The notes beneath the pieces are model-generated. The model was not told the origin of the DNA. It made no database searches and saw nothing but the letters and a program-made list of their open reading frames with translations. A DNA stretch of 64,000 nucleotides from Saccostrea cucullata (Eukaryota). Every line of letters begins with the position of its first letter. Within the stretch, counting starts at the first letter, position 1. The DNA lies in the NCBI RefSeq assembly GCF_032062105.1, contig NW_026920828.1, forward strand, positions 62,001 through 126,000. Reading direction: 5' to 3'. Positions 36,441-46,854 of this stretch are shown in pieces. Position numbers and translations under genes: made by a program.

Positions 36441-39400
36441 TTAGTTGTGATTTGACAGCAAAAGCACAATCTGGGTAATTGGTCGCACATATGTTCTCTT
36501 TGCTCCATCTTTGAATGTCATAAGTTCGACCTTTCTCACGAGATGATCCTCGCTAGGGAACACACGAGTAACACGACAGAGAGGCCAGAAGTTCCGATGG
36601 TGTTCCGCGTCCTTCATAAGGACAATATCTCCTTCTTGAACATTTGGTTTGGTATCGGCCCACTTTCTGCGTTCTTGTAGCGACTGGAGGTACTCCTTGC
36701 GCCATCTGTCCCAAAATCTGTTGGCAAGAATTTGGACTATCTTCCACTGAGAGGTGTACATGTCGCGAACATCAAAGTTCATATGACTTTCAGAGACATT
36801 CACCATTTTTTGGGTAAGTAGAACACTGGGTGTAAGTACCTGAGGCGACTCCGTATCAGTTGCAATAGGAACGATTGGTCTGTTGTTGACAATTGCCGAG
36901 ACCTCTGCAAGGAACGTGGTGAGTACTTCGTGGGTTAGTTTGACGTGACGATTCTCTTGTAAGATGGCATCAAGGATACGGCGCGTGACCCCTATGAGAC
37001 GCTCCCAAGTTCCTCCCATATGTGAGGAATGAGGGGGATTAAACCTCCAAACTGTTCCTTTATCTGTGAGTAGGTTATGTATGGGTGCGTCCTCAACATT
37101 CACTGAGTTAATACCTAATTCACGCACACTGCCAACAAAATTTGTGCCTCTATCTGAGTAAAACTCCTTGACATCTCCTCTTATGGCATAGAATCGACGT
37201 AGAGCATTCACAAAGGAAGGTGTATTCATCTGTTCTAATACTTCAATGTGCACAGCCCTACAGCACATACAGGTAAATAAAGCTGCCCATCTCTTAGAGT
37301 CAGCACTCCCACCACGAGTACGCCTAGTTGTCACACTCCATGGCCCGAAACAGTCCACTCCAACGTAAGTGAATGGGGGTGAGGGTTTCAACCTTATCGC
37401 AGGTAGGTCCGCCATCTTCTGAGTAAGAAGTTTCCCACGCCCTCTGCAACAAATCACACACTTGTAAATCAGTGAAGTCACAATACGTTTGGCACCAGTT
37501 ATCCATCGACCTGCATTGCGGATTGCTCCCTCTGTTATATGGCGCCCTTGATGGTGCGTTAACTCATGGAAATGTAGAGCTAAGAGCTTAGCAATATGAT
37601 GACTCCCTGGCACAAGTATGGGACTCCTTTCCCCCAAATCAAAGTCACCATGTTGTAATCGGCCTCCAACCCGCACCATGCCTTCTTCGTCTAATGATGG
37701 GTTAAGTCTCAAAATGGGACTGTTTCTAGGAAGGGGCCTTTCATTCTTAAGTGCAGTAATTTCCTTCTCGTAGACTTCTAACTGGACGTGATGTATTATA
37801 AGCTCCTCTGCCTTCCTAAATGCACTGCTATCTTCTGTAGCTTTAATATCCTTCCTGTGGTGTGCCACTGCATGGACAATCCGTTTCAGGCACATGATGG
37901 CTCTAACGAGATTCTTCCATGAAGAAAACCTCTCAAAGCGTGAAGTCCAGGATAAGGGGGTAGACACATCCACCTTGCATACCACAGTGTCCTGTTTGAT
38001 TTCCTTATCCATAGTTGGATCTACCAAATCATATGTTGGGGCAGGACCATCTACAGTATCTTCTGTGCGTAGCCATTCTATTGGTCCACTGAGCCATGAG
38101 TCATACAGTGCACTGTCGATAGTAGATTTAGTGCCATGGTCTGCTGGGTTCTGGTCCGTAGGGATGTAGTTCCATTGAGATGATTTGGAGAAGCTTAGAA
38201 TTCTTTGAACTCTGTTGCTCACGTAGGTTAAAAATCTCTTTGTGCGATTGTAAACATAACCCAGAACGATCCTGCTGTCCGTGTAGAATTTGAAATGATC
38301 TGCATTGATGTCTAGCTGATCCCTTATAATAGTAGCAATTTCTACTCCCAGGACGGCCGCGCACAACTCTAAGCGTGGTATAGAAGTGGCTGGTCTGGGT
38401 GCGACTTTAGATTTACCCATTATGAAACCCAGATTGATGTCTCCACCATGACTGTGAAACAGGTAGGCCACAGCAGCAATAGCAACCTCCGATGCATCTG
38501 TGAAAATCAGTATGTTCTTCTCTTGAAGCTGAGAGAAGCCAATAGGCAGGTACTTACGAGGTACATTCAATGCTCCAAGACGAGTCAGTGATTGGGTCCA
38601 ATCATCCCATCTGCTCTGGAATTCTTCTGGTAAGGGAGCATCCCAGTCTACAGACGGTGCCTGTGTCATTTCTCTAAGAAGTAACTTTCCCTGAATAGTG
38701 ATAGGCGCTATGAAGCCTAGAGGGTCGTACAGGCTATTAACACATGATAAAACTCCTCTTTTAGTGTACGGTTTCTCCTTCCTGCTAAGTTTAAACCCAA
38801 AGGCATCCCTCTGAAGATCCCACACGAGTCCTAGACTCCGCTGGGTTGGAAGATCATCATGTGTAATATCTAAGTCAATCAAGTCCTTTGCTAGGTCTTT
38901 CACATCAAAGCTCTGCATCACTCTAGGGTCATTAGAGGCAATCTTATGTAATCTGAGGTTCCCGTGGGTCAGTAAGGCCTGTTGAGTTCGTCGTAGGAGA
39001 TCTATGGCTTCTTGTGTTGTTGGTAGGGACACCAGACCATCATCCACGTAAAAGTTCCGCTCCACAAACTCTCTTACGTCCTTCCCAAAGCTGTGTTCTG
39101 CTTGAATGGCAGCAAGACGAAACCCATAAGTAGCTACAGCAGGTGATGGGGTGTTTCCAAAAACCTGGACTGTCATGCGGTACTCCGTTAGAGGCTTGGT
39201 AGGGTCATTGTCTGTGTACCATAAAAATCTTAAGAAGTTCCTATGTTTCTCTGAGACACCAAAGCAGTGGAACATTTGCTCGATATCTGCGGTCACAGCT
39301 ACGGCTTCCATCCTAAAACGCATCAACACTCCAATGAGACTATTTGTAAGGTCTGGACCTGACAAAAGTACGCTGTTCAGAGACAAGTCCTGGAAGCGAG

Positions 39401-41744
39401 CTGAAGAGTCGAACACCATGCGAATCTTCTCCGGTTTGAGTGGGTGGTAGACCCCGAAAATTGGTAGGTACCAACATTCTTCGTTTGGTTTCAGAGGTGG
39501 GGCTACCTCTGCATGATTTCTGTCAAAAATGTTCCTCATGAATTCTAAGGCATGTCCAAGTTTGGTGGGATTTTTTCTCAACGAAGCATCTAAGATCATA
39601 GCCCGTCTCATTGCTTGAGTGTAATTATTTGGTAACACAGGCCTGTCATGTTGGAAGGGTAATGGGGCTGTCCATTTTCCATAGGAATCTCTGTGAAACT
39701 CCCTGTCCATTATTTCCAGAAACTGGAGGTCCTCAGTCGACATTCCAGGAGTTTCATCATTCACTGTAGTACAGAATATCCCCGTACAAGAACCCACGCC
39801 ATGTTGATGTTTTTCTTGTGAAATAAGTAACTTGGAATCACAAGGCTCAAGTAGGGTACTACGCCCATTGTCCAACACATGAGTCTTATTCACTACAATG
39901 GAATTAGGTCTGTGAGCACTACCCAAACACACTTCACCGATAATAGTCCACCCCAAGTAGAGTTTTTGCGCAAACGGCAAGTCTGGGGGCCCAAGTTTTT
40001 GTTCGATCACATGATGCGCTTGGATCAGATCCCTTCCTATGAGAAGCAGAATCTCGGCTGTATGATCCAAATCAGGAATTAATGGTGCAATATCCAACAG
40101 GTGTTGATATGCAGACGCCACTTCAGGAGTCGGTATTTCCTTACGATTGTTGGGAATCTCGTCACATTCTATAATTTTAGGTAAGTACAACTTCTGTTCA
40201 GCTGACACTGGCTCGATGACAAATCCCTCTGCTGTTCTTCCAGAAAATGTAACACTTCCACCACAGGAATTCAACGTGAAAACACAGTCATTGCCCCCTA
40301 AACCAAAGTAATCAAAAAACTTGGAACGAGCTAAGGTTCTATTGCTCTGATCGTCTATCATAGCGTAAGTTCTAAAGGTAAGATCAGGTCTGTTAGACGG
40401 GTATACGTTCACAAGAACAATCTTCCCACAAGATCGGCCAACTCTATCCTTCCCGCACAATCGGGTACAAGAGGACGTGATAATGTTTTCATCTCCCTTC
40501 CCAGAAGGTGATTTCTTAGATGAACTCTCCCCGCCATTCTCTTGCCCAGAGTCTCTGTGAAAATGCATACACGTAACATGGCGGTCGCTTTTACAAACGT
40601 CACAACTCACTTTAAGTTTGCACTTGTTGGCCCTATGCTTTCCCTTGCAGCAACGGAAACAAAGTTCCCTACTTTTCAGAAAGTCGCGTTTACTTGGGAA
40701 TGTCATTGCCAGAAAGGCACGGCATTGTTCCAAGGAATGGTCAGCCTTATGTATAGGGCACCGCATAGAGGATGTTGGCGTTTCGGTACCAACGTCTGAC
40801 TTCCGGACAAAGACTTTGTTTGTAGGTTCTCTCTTCTTGTCGGGTGGATACCTGGTACTAGAAATAAGACCTGGATCATTTTTCAATTCACATATCTCCT
40901 GTATGAAACTGACAAATATGCTAAATGGTGGGAATGGAACATGATTCAAACGTTTATACTGAGATGCACGGGTGGCCCATTTATCTTGTACTTGATTGGT
41001 GAGTTTACTAACAATAGGCAATATGCCTGAGGAAGTGTCGTAGTAACCAAGTAGTCTGGAATATTTTGGGTCCTGCTTGTTGGATTCAATCTCATACAGC
41101 AAGTCAAGTAGATCATAATAACGCTTCGGATCCATCTCTGTAATTTTTGGAAAGTCCTTGAGCTTTGACTTCAACGCTGCCTCCACCATTTCTGGTTTTC
41201 CATAGAGGTCTTCTAATCGTGCCCATATCAGGGATAGACCCCTCTCAGGTTGGTGAGTATTTGCTGAACGTATGGATAGAGCGTGTCTTTTTGATTCAGG
41301 GCCCAGCCATTTTGTCAATAAATCAAGTTCTTCGATTGGTGATGCTTTCAATTCCTTCAGAATATTCAGGAATCCAACTTTCCACACTGTATAGTTTTGC
41401 GCCGAGTCATCAAATGCCGAGAAACGATGTAATAGTAAATCCTTTTTCAAAAGGTAGTTACTGAGGTCAACTATAGGTGACTGTTCATGAGGTTGAACAT
41501 GACTGGCAGTCGGAAAATGAAATCCTGCTTGACTGATGCTTGCAGGTCTCGAGCGATGTGAGGCATCATCATGTCGAACATAGTTAGGTGTGATTTCTGA
41601 GTGGTTGCTGGCCTGCGAGTTCACATAAGCTTCAGTTCTTTCTCTGGCCGTCCGTTCCACACTTTGTTCTTCAATGTCAAATTGAAAACTTCCTTGAGAT
41701 CCACGATCGTAATTTTCCATGGCGTTTACTTCTGCGTTTGCCAC
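36441..41744 (-). CDS. BEL/Pao Gag-Pol polyprotein (main ORF)
   Basis: Cys/His knuckles (CPIHKADHSLEQC, CFRCCKGKHRANKC, CDVCKSDRHVTCMH), protease AMIDDQS, RT FYVDD, RNase H (FTDASE, RLELCAA, YTDS, NPAD), integrase HH-CC and D-D-E (GVDCFGP, SDRGTNF, GGTWERL). Confidence 0.96.
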   Translation of the reverse strand: MANAEVNAMENYDRGSQGSFQFDIEEQSVERTARERTEAYVNSQASNHSEITPNYVRHDDASHRSRPASISQAGFHFPTASHVQPHEQSPIVDLSNYLLKKDLLLHRFSAFDDSAQNYTVWKVGFLNILKELKASPIEELDLLTKWLGPESKRHALSIRSANTHQPERGLSLIWARLEDLYGKPEMVEAALKSKLKDFPKITEMDPKRYYDLLDLLYEIESNKQDPKYSRLLGYYDTSSGILPIVSKLTNQVQDKWATRASQYKRLNHVPFPPFSIFVSFIQEICELKNDPGLISSTRYPPDKKREPTNKVFVRKSDVGTETPTSSMRCPIHKADHSLEQCRAFLAMTFPSKRDFLKSRELCFRCCKGKHRANKCKLKVSCDVCKSDRHVTCMHFHRDSGQENGGESSSKKSPSGKGDENIITSSCTRLCGKDRVGRSCGKIVLVNVYPSNRPDLTFRTYAMIDDQSNRTLARSKFFDYFGLGGNDCVFTLNSCGGSVTFSGRTAEGFVIEPVSAEQKLYLPKIIECDEIPNNRKEIPTPEVASAYQHLLDIAPLIPDLDHTAEILLLIGRDLIQAHHVIEQKLGPPDLPFAQKLYLGWTIIGEVCLGSAHRPNSIVVNKTHVLDNGRSTLLEPCDSKLLISQEKHQHGVGSCTGIFCTTVNDETPGMSTEDLQFLEIMDREFHRDSYGKWTAPLPFQHDRPVLPNNYTQAMRRAMILDASLRKNPTKLGHALEFMRNIFDRNHAEVAPPLKPNEECWYLPIFGVYHPLKPEKIRMVFDSSARFQDLSLNSVLLSGPDLTNSLIGVLMRFRMEAVAVTADIEQMFHCFGVSEKHRNFLRFLWYTDNDPTKPLTEYRMTVQVFGNTPSPAVATYGFRLAAIQAEHSFGKDVREFVERNFYVDDGLVSLPTTQEAIDLLRRTQQALLTHGNLRLHKIASNDPRVMQSFDVKDLAKDLIDLDITHDDLPTQRSLGLVWDLQRDAFGFKLSRKEKPYTKRGVLSCVNSLYDPLGFIAPITIQGKLLLREMTQAPSVDWDAPLPEEFQSRWDDWTQSLTRLGALNVPRKYLPIGFSQLQEKNILIFTDASEVAIAAVAYLFHSHGGDINLGFIMGKSKVAPRPATSIPRLELCAAVLGVEIATIIRDQLDINADHFKFYTDSRIVLGYVYNRTKRFLTYVSNRVQRILSFSKSSQWNYIPTDQNPADHGTKSTIDSALYDSWLSGPIEWLRTEDTVDGPAPTYDLVDPTMDKEIKQDTVVCKVDVSTPLSWTSRFERFSSWKNLVRAIMCLKRIVHAVAHHRKDIKATEDSSAFRKAEELIIHHVQLEVYEKEITALKNERPLPRNSPILRLNPSLDEEGMVRVGGRLQHGDFDLGERSPILVPGSHHIAKLLALHFHELTHHQGRHITEGAIRNAGRWITGAKRIVTSLIYKCVICCRGRGKLLTQKMADLPAIRLKPSPPFTYVGVDCFGPWSVTTRRTRGGSADSKRWAALFTCMCCRAVHIEVLEQMNTPSFVNALRRFYAIRGDVKEFYSDRGTNFVGSVRELGINSVNVEDAPIHNLLTDKGTVWRFNPPHSSHMGGTWERLIGVTRRILDAILQENRHVKLTHEVLTTFLAEVSAIVNNRPIVPIATDTESPQVLTPSVLLTQKMVNVSESHMNFDVRDMYTSQWKIVQILANRFWDRWRKEYLQSLQERRKWADTKPNVQEGDIVLMKDAEHHRNFWPLCRVTRVFPSEDHLVRKVELMTFKDGAKRTYVRPITQIVLLLSNHN

Positions 41745-42349
41745 AGCTGCTGCTTCTTTTCCTTAGAAAGCCATATATCAATATCGGTAGCTGCCTTTTG
41801 TTTTTCCAGAGCCGCCTGCTCTTCCAAGAATTTAAGTCTTGTTTGCTGGGTCTCCGCTTGCACTCGTTTTTTGAGTATTTCTGATATTGTCTTTGAGGCT
41901 TGTGATGAAGTCCCGGATTTCACTTCAAACTTTTCCGAGAGTCGTTCGGCTGCCTCTAATAGTTTATTATGTAGGACATCTCGAAATGTGAACACTACAT
42001 CGGAATATGTGCTATACTGAGACTCATGCTGCTCCAGTTTCTGTAGAGCTTGCTCTGTGCGTGCTCTTCCAAGGAAGTTTGCTAGGGCTTGACTTTCTTT
42101 AAGGTACTGTTTGAATTTTGCATTTATGTGGTCTTCTGTTGTCCTTAGGTATTTCCTGTCTGTATTGTCACCATCACAATTTGCGATGAGGTCCTCTACC
42201 TCCCTCCACGCGCTAGTGCACTTTTCTTGTAGATCAAGGAACGTTTGGTCAAAGGATGCCTGACCCTTCTCAGTAAGAGTCCGAATCCTGGATTGTTTAT
42301 CATCCTGTTCGTCTTTGACCTGTTGTTTCTCCCCTTCCCCTGTTGCCAT
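41726..42349 (-). CDS. N-terminal coiled-coil part of BEL/Pao Gag, separated from the main ORF by a 1-nt frameshift
   Basis: Starts just inside the 5' LTR; charged helical sequence; adding one base at GAAAAGAAG (41757-41760) gives a continuous KEKEAAAVANAEV. Confidence 0.8.
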   Translation of the reverse strand: MATGEGEKQQVKDEQDDKQSRIRTLTEKGQASFDQTFLDLQEKCTSAWREVEDLIANCDGDNTDRKYLRTTEDHINAKFKQYLKESQALANFLGRARTEQALQKLEQHESQYSTYSDVVFTFRDVLHNKLLEAAERLSEKFEVKSGTSSQASKTISEILKKRVQAETQQTRLKFLEEQAALEKQKAATDIDIWLSKEKKQQLWQTQK

Positions 42350-42384
42350 CGTCCTACAGGTTGTCCCTGGTCATAATCTTTTAC

Positions 42385-43030
42385 TGTTCTGCCTCTGTGC
42401 AGAGTGTTTACCAAACCAACAAACCAAAACAATAAGGGCGGATCACTCTTTATTGCATCAATGCTTGTATGTGTATGGTAAAAGACTGAAAATAATAAAG
42501 AGACAAAACTTACAAACAGATTCATACAAAATCAGTGATACCCAATTAACCCTATTTTACATTGTAAGTGACAAATCATAGACAAACAAGAATGATATCC
42601 AAATTTAGTGAACATTTTTCCAATTTAAATTCAATCATAAACTGGCCTATCATAAAAAATTAAAATGCGCTCTTAGTAACATGTAGGTTATTTATCACAT
42701 AAACTGAGAAACAATATAGCGTTTACATACATAGCAGATTTTTACTTAACCATTTACTTTCTAATACACATCGAAATCTATTTCCCTATCTGATCAAAAG
42801 TAAACCGTAAAATATAATGTTAGATAATACATAAAAACTTACTTATGGTGCAGGGATGTACCCGTAAAAGAGAAAAATAGGTTACAACAATGCTTGGAAC
42901 AAGCGAAAATGGCCTCCTAGCCTCATGTAGGAACAACATAAAATATTCTAAAAAACAAACCGTAAAGGGTTACATACCCGGAATAATGATCACAATGTAA
43001 AAAGAAAGATAACTCTTGTGTAACACTACA
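42385..43030 (-). repeat. 5' LTR (646 bp)
   Basis: Direct repeat of 35639-36298, followed by the TSD TATCC. Confidence 0.97.
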
Positions 43031-43849
43031 TATCCTCTATGTTCATAAATATTGATAAATAGTGTTTTTTTTAGTTTTGTCTATTGATATTTGTTCAGTG
43101 CATTTCCGAGTAAAGAAAACATGAGTATGATGACGTCCATTGTCTTTTTACCAGTTTTTGAGTCCAAAGTAAACTAACCCTTAACTGAGGCTTTTTAAAA
43201 AATATATATTTAATTTTTAATTCTATTTCTTATCATTTATTTCATTTGTGCTTTCTATAATGATACCAGGAGTGTTCTTTAATTTTTACGCATGCATTTT
43301 AGAGAAAATGATTTACAATGTTTTTTTTTCATGTTTTTAAATAATTTTAATGATTTTAAAAGAAATGTGTCAATTGATAACAAGTTTTATGGTTGATTTG
43401 TGAGTCTAATATATATCAGATAAAAAAAATCGACACGCATATTATTAAAACTTGGATGGAGAAAATCTTAATTCCTCATGACAAACAAATGGATTTCATA
43501 ATTTATCATGTCATAAGTGATGCTCAGTAATATTACAACAAAATCTTGGGTGAAGGGGCACCCTTGAAAAGTTTCGTCTGCCATCAATGTATTTTCTTGT
43601 TTATATTCAATTTATTTCCAGTTGAATGCTATACATCAAATCGATCAAAAATTGTGTTAAATGCTAAAACCTGAACGGCATAAGTCGTATCTTGACACTC
43701 TTGAAAGAAAAGGGAAACCATTCTACGCAATCTAATCTTTGCTTCATTTTAGTAATCTTTTATTTGAGGACAAACTGTACTGATGTATGATGACGCTAGA
43801 TCTCGCTGGTCCTATATAGAATGGAAGGATGTTCGACGTGAAGACATGC

Positions 43850-44222
43850 TCTACGTATGTAATTTCTAAAACGACGTAAATTACTGACAAACAAGTTGAT
43901 GAAACAAGAATATCGGCAGTCTCGTTTATAGTCATCATTTCATAAGTTCTATGGTCGATCAAATGACCTTGTCAACAAATAATGCTGACACACGTTTTCG
44001 TACTCTAGCTATAACTCCATCATTTACACATTGACTTGACGATAAATTTTACCATTTTACCGTTATTTCCCGATCATGACAAGGAGCACACGGCGGGGAT
44101 GCTCTCTCTCCTCCATGGCACCTGATTCCTTCTCTGATGGTTTTTGAAGTCCATGTTTGCTTTGCTCCTATTTTGTATTGCTTTATGGACTTTTGAGCTT
44201 GAATACTGTTCGTTATCTCCAT
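43850..44222 (+). mobile_element. Naiad-type PLE 3' fragment
   Basis: AACAAGTTGATGAAACAAGAATATC...AAGTTCTATGGTCGAT...GGCACCTGATTCC...GAATACTGTTCGTTATCTCC, matching the other copies. Confidence 0.8.
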
Positions 44223-44427
44223 ATATTTTATCTTTGTTATAGCCTGCTCTGCACTCATGCCATGAGCTCCACTAAACATGTGTCGGACTTTCTTGGTCAT
44301 TATAATTAATGAGAGAATTAAAATGTGATAGTATTGATAAATAAATCACGTTCGGGGCTGGACAAATAGAGACAGGTGCGGGGCTTGTAACACGTGAATT
44401 TGCGGAATCAATACCACGTAAATGCTA

Positions 44428-44577
44428 TAAGGAATAACTGTCAGGTTTTGGGGTTTCATCAAGATGATCAATCGATTGGATTGCCTCATAATTTTATGCA
44501 TAAACGCCGAAGACTTATCACGCAAGTCACTCGATTGATCACATCATGAAACCAAAAAATTAAACAGATATTCCTTA
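44428..44577. repeat. 150-bp foldback (hairpin) repeat, MITE/Crypton-like
   Basis: TAAGGAATAACTG..TTTTGGGGTTTCAT..GATCAATCGA pairs with TCGATTGATC..ATGAAACCAAAAA..CAGATATTCCTTA. Confidence 0.65.
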
Positions 44578-45495
44578 AATAAATTTATCATGTGTATACT
44601 GCTAAACACTTTTATTACTAATGAATTAGGAGCAACTCGGCACTTTTTATTGTACTTTTTGGAAATTAAAAAAAAAATTAAATCAATAGCCAATAAGGAA
44701 AGAGATTCCTTTATATGAAATACTACATGTATTTTATAGCTTTTTTTTAATCTCAGAAATATTATCTTCCTGAAATTCAGAGGGTTCGGAGGGAAGGTGG
44801 AAAATTAAAATTTTACAGTATCTTTATAACTTTTCCATTTTTTCTTAAATATCAAGGATAAAGTTTACTTCTTGAACATGTTATAATGTATACCGAACAA
44901 ACATGTCCCCAAATCGTAAATTTAAAGGGCTTCTAAACATGTTTTCATGACATTTTTGTGAATTACATTTGCTAATTGCATTAGCAATATATATACAATG
45001 AAATCATGCTGAAAATTTTAGAAAATATTGATCAAGCCAAAGGATTTGCATTTTAACAAGATGTCGATGTAGTCTGCGTGTAAAGTAACTGAAGTTTGTA
45101 AGGGATTCTACAGTCACAAGTGGACTCAGGACCCGACTTTGTGTTGATGAAAGCCAAGGCAATGACCGAATAATAAAGGACAATTCAGATTTTATTCAAT
45201 GAAAGATAACTCGTTTGGTATAGATTTTGTACATGCTTTACTACTTTTCCAGTTTGGATTAATATCGGTTAAAACATGTGGCATCAGACATGTGGGAATT
45301 TTATCAATACTTATGAATATTTCAGATAAATGGAGGAAAAAATAATGAACTTCATTATTAAATATGATGAGGAGTCGTGCACTCTACAAAACCCGTGATT
45401 ACAGTATCACTATTTAGTACTTTGACCTAAATCGTATTCATTGTCAGCTCTCTATCTAGTACCCTCCATACATTTGTACATTATTAGGTTTATTG

Positions 45496-46795
45496 ATGAT
45501 GAAAACAGAAACTAAAGAGGGTTATCTTCAAATTTTTATACCGTTATGTGCCGCAAATTTCTGTTTATTTTTTTCGATTGTTATGAGCTCGTACACTGCC
45601 AGTGAATATGGGCATGATACATTTCGGGATCTGAAATTTCCAAATAGAACATTGTCCAACAGTACAGACAAATCTTTGTGCGATACAAACACATCTTCTC
45701 AGGGATACAAGGATGAGCAGATTGTACAGAAGACAGTGGCGAGGTGGAATGTGTACATATCGATAGCACAGGGAGTGCCTCTTCTGCTCTCCAGCGTCCT
45801 ATTCTCCCCACTGAGTGACTCCATCGGACGGAGACCGTTTCTGTCTCTAGGAGCATTTGGTGCTGGCATCAAGCAGCTCCTCATGACATTAGCTATTGTT
45901 TTTCATTGGAATGTCTACCTGTTTATACCATTCACCTTGATTGAGGGTCTTTGTGGAAGTTGGGTTGCTCAGCTCGCCGTGGCAATGTCTGTCGTCTCCG
46001 ATCTGACAACAGCGGGAAAGTCCAGATCGTATTTGATTGCAGTGCTTAGTTTCGTACTTGGAGTCGGTTTTTCTCTGGGAACATTTGTTTCTGGTTACGT
46101 TGTCGTGCGTTTAGGGTATGATTACTCCATGGCTATATCATCTGGAATGTCTGGTTTGGCATTTGTTATCGCATGTTTTATACCAGAAACATTATCCGAT
46201 TCACAAAGACAATCTAACAGGTTTAGTTGTATGGGAAATTTCAAAGATATTTTAAGATTTTATACAAAGAATGACCCTGAATATCCTACCTCAACTCGCT
46301 GGAAATACAACACTGCAATTTTATCGTTTATTTTCATAATGATGTCTAAATTGGGGTCTTTTGCGATTGAAACATTTTATTTATTGAACTCTCCATTTTG
46401 CTTTAACCCAGAGACAATCAGTATCTTTGAAACGGCTAAAACCTGTCTTTCAGAGATTGTTATTTTAGTTGGGATAAAATTCATGCAACAGTGTATTACA
46501 GATGAAACCATCGCTATGTTTGGGGCAATATCCTCAACATGTAGTCTTGTGTTGTTTGGAATAGCATCATCGGACATTTATCTATATATAGGTAAGTGGA
46601 TTTGAATAACATGGAACGAAAAATACAAGTGTCTTTCGTGAAGGAAAACCTAGAAATCTATTTACTAATAATAAAGTTCTCTACACATGGTGAGTTAACG
46701 TAGATAATTGAGGTATACAAGTTTACAAACTGATAATATCAGAATGATATTATAATTAAGTGATGTCTGTTCCATTTGAGTAAAAAACCTAAAAA

Positions 46796-46854
<59 letters not shown>

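Larger units (their letters stand above)
35639..43030 (-). mobile_element. Full-length BEL/Pao LTR retrotransposon, recent insertion
   Basis: TG...CA LTRs at 35639-36298 and 42385-43030; 5-bp TSD TATCC (35634-35638 and 43031-43035); purine-rich PPT AGGCGGGGAG next to the 3' LTR; gag-PR-RT-RNaseH-IN order. Confidence 0.97.

Noticed and set aside
37894-42020. Plus-strand ORFs inside the LTR element as antisense or env-like genes
   Set aside because: Short shadows of the gag-pol frame; only about 140 bp lie between the integrase stop and the 3' LTR, leaving no room for env.
46799-46852. Poly(A) tract as the tail of a retrocopy
   Set aside because: No recognisable element body or target-site duplication next to it.
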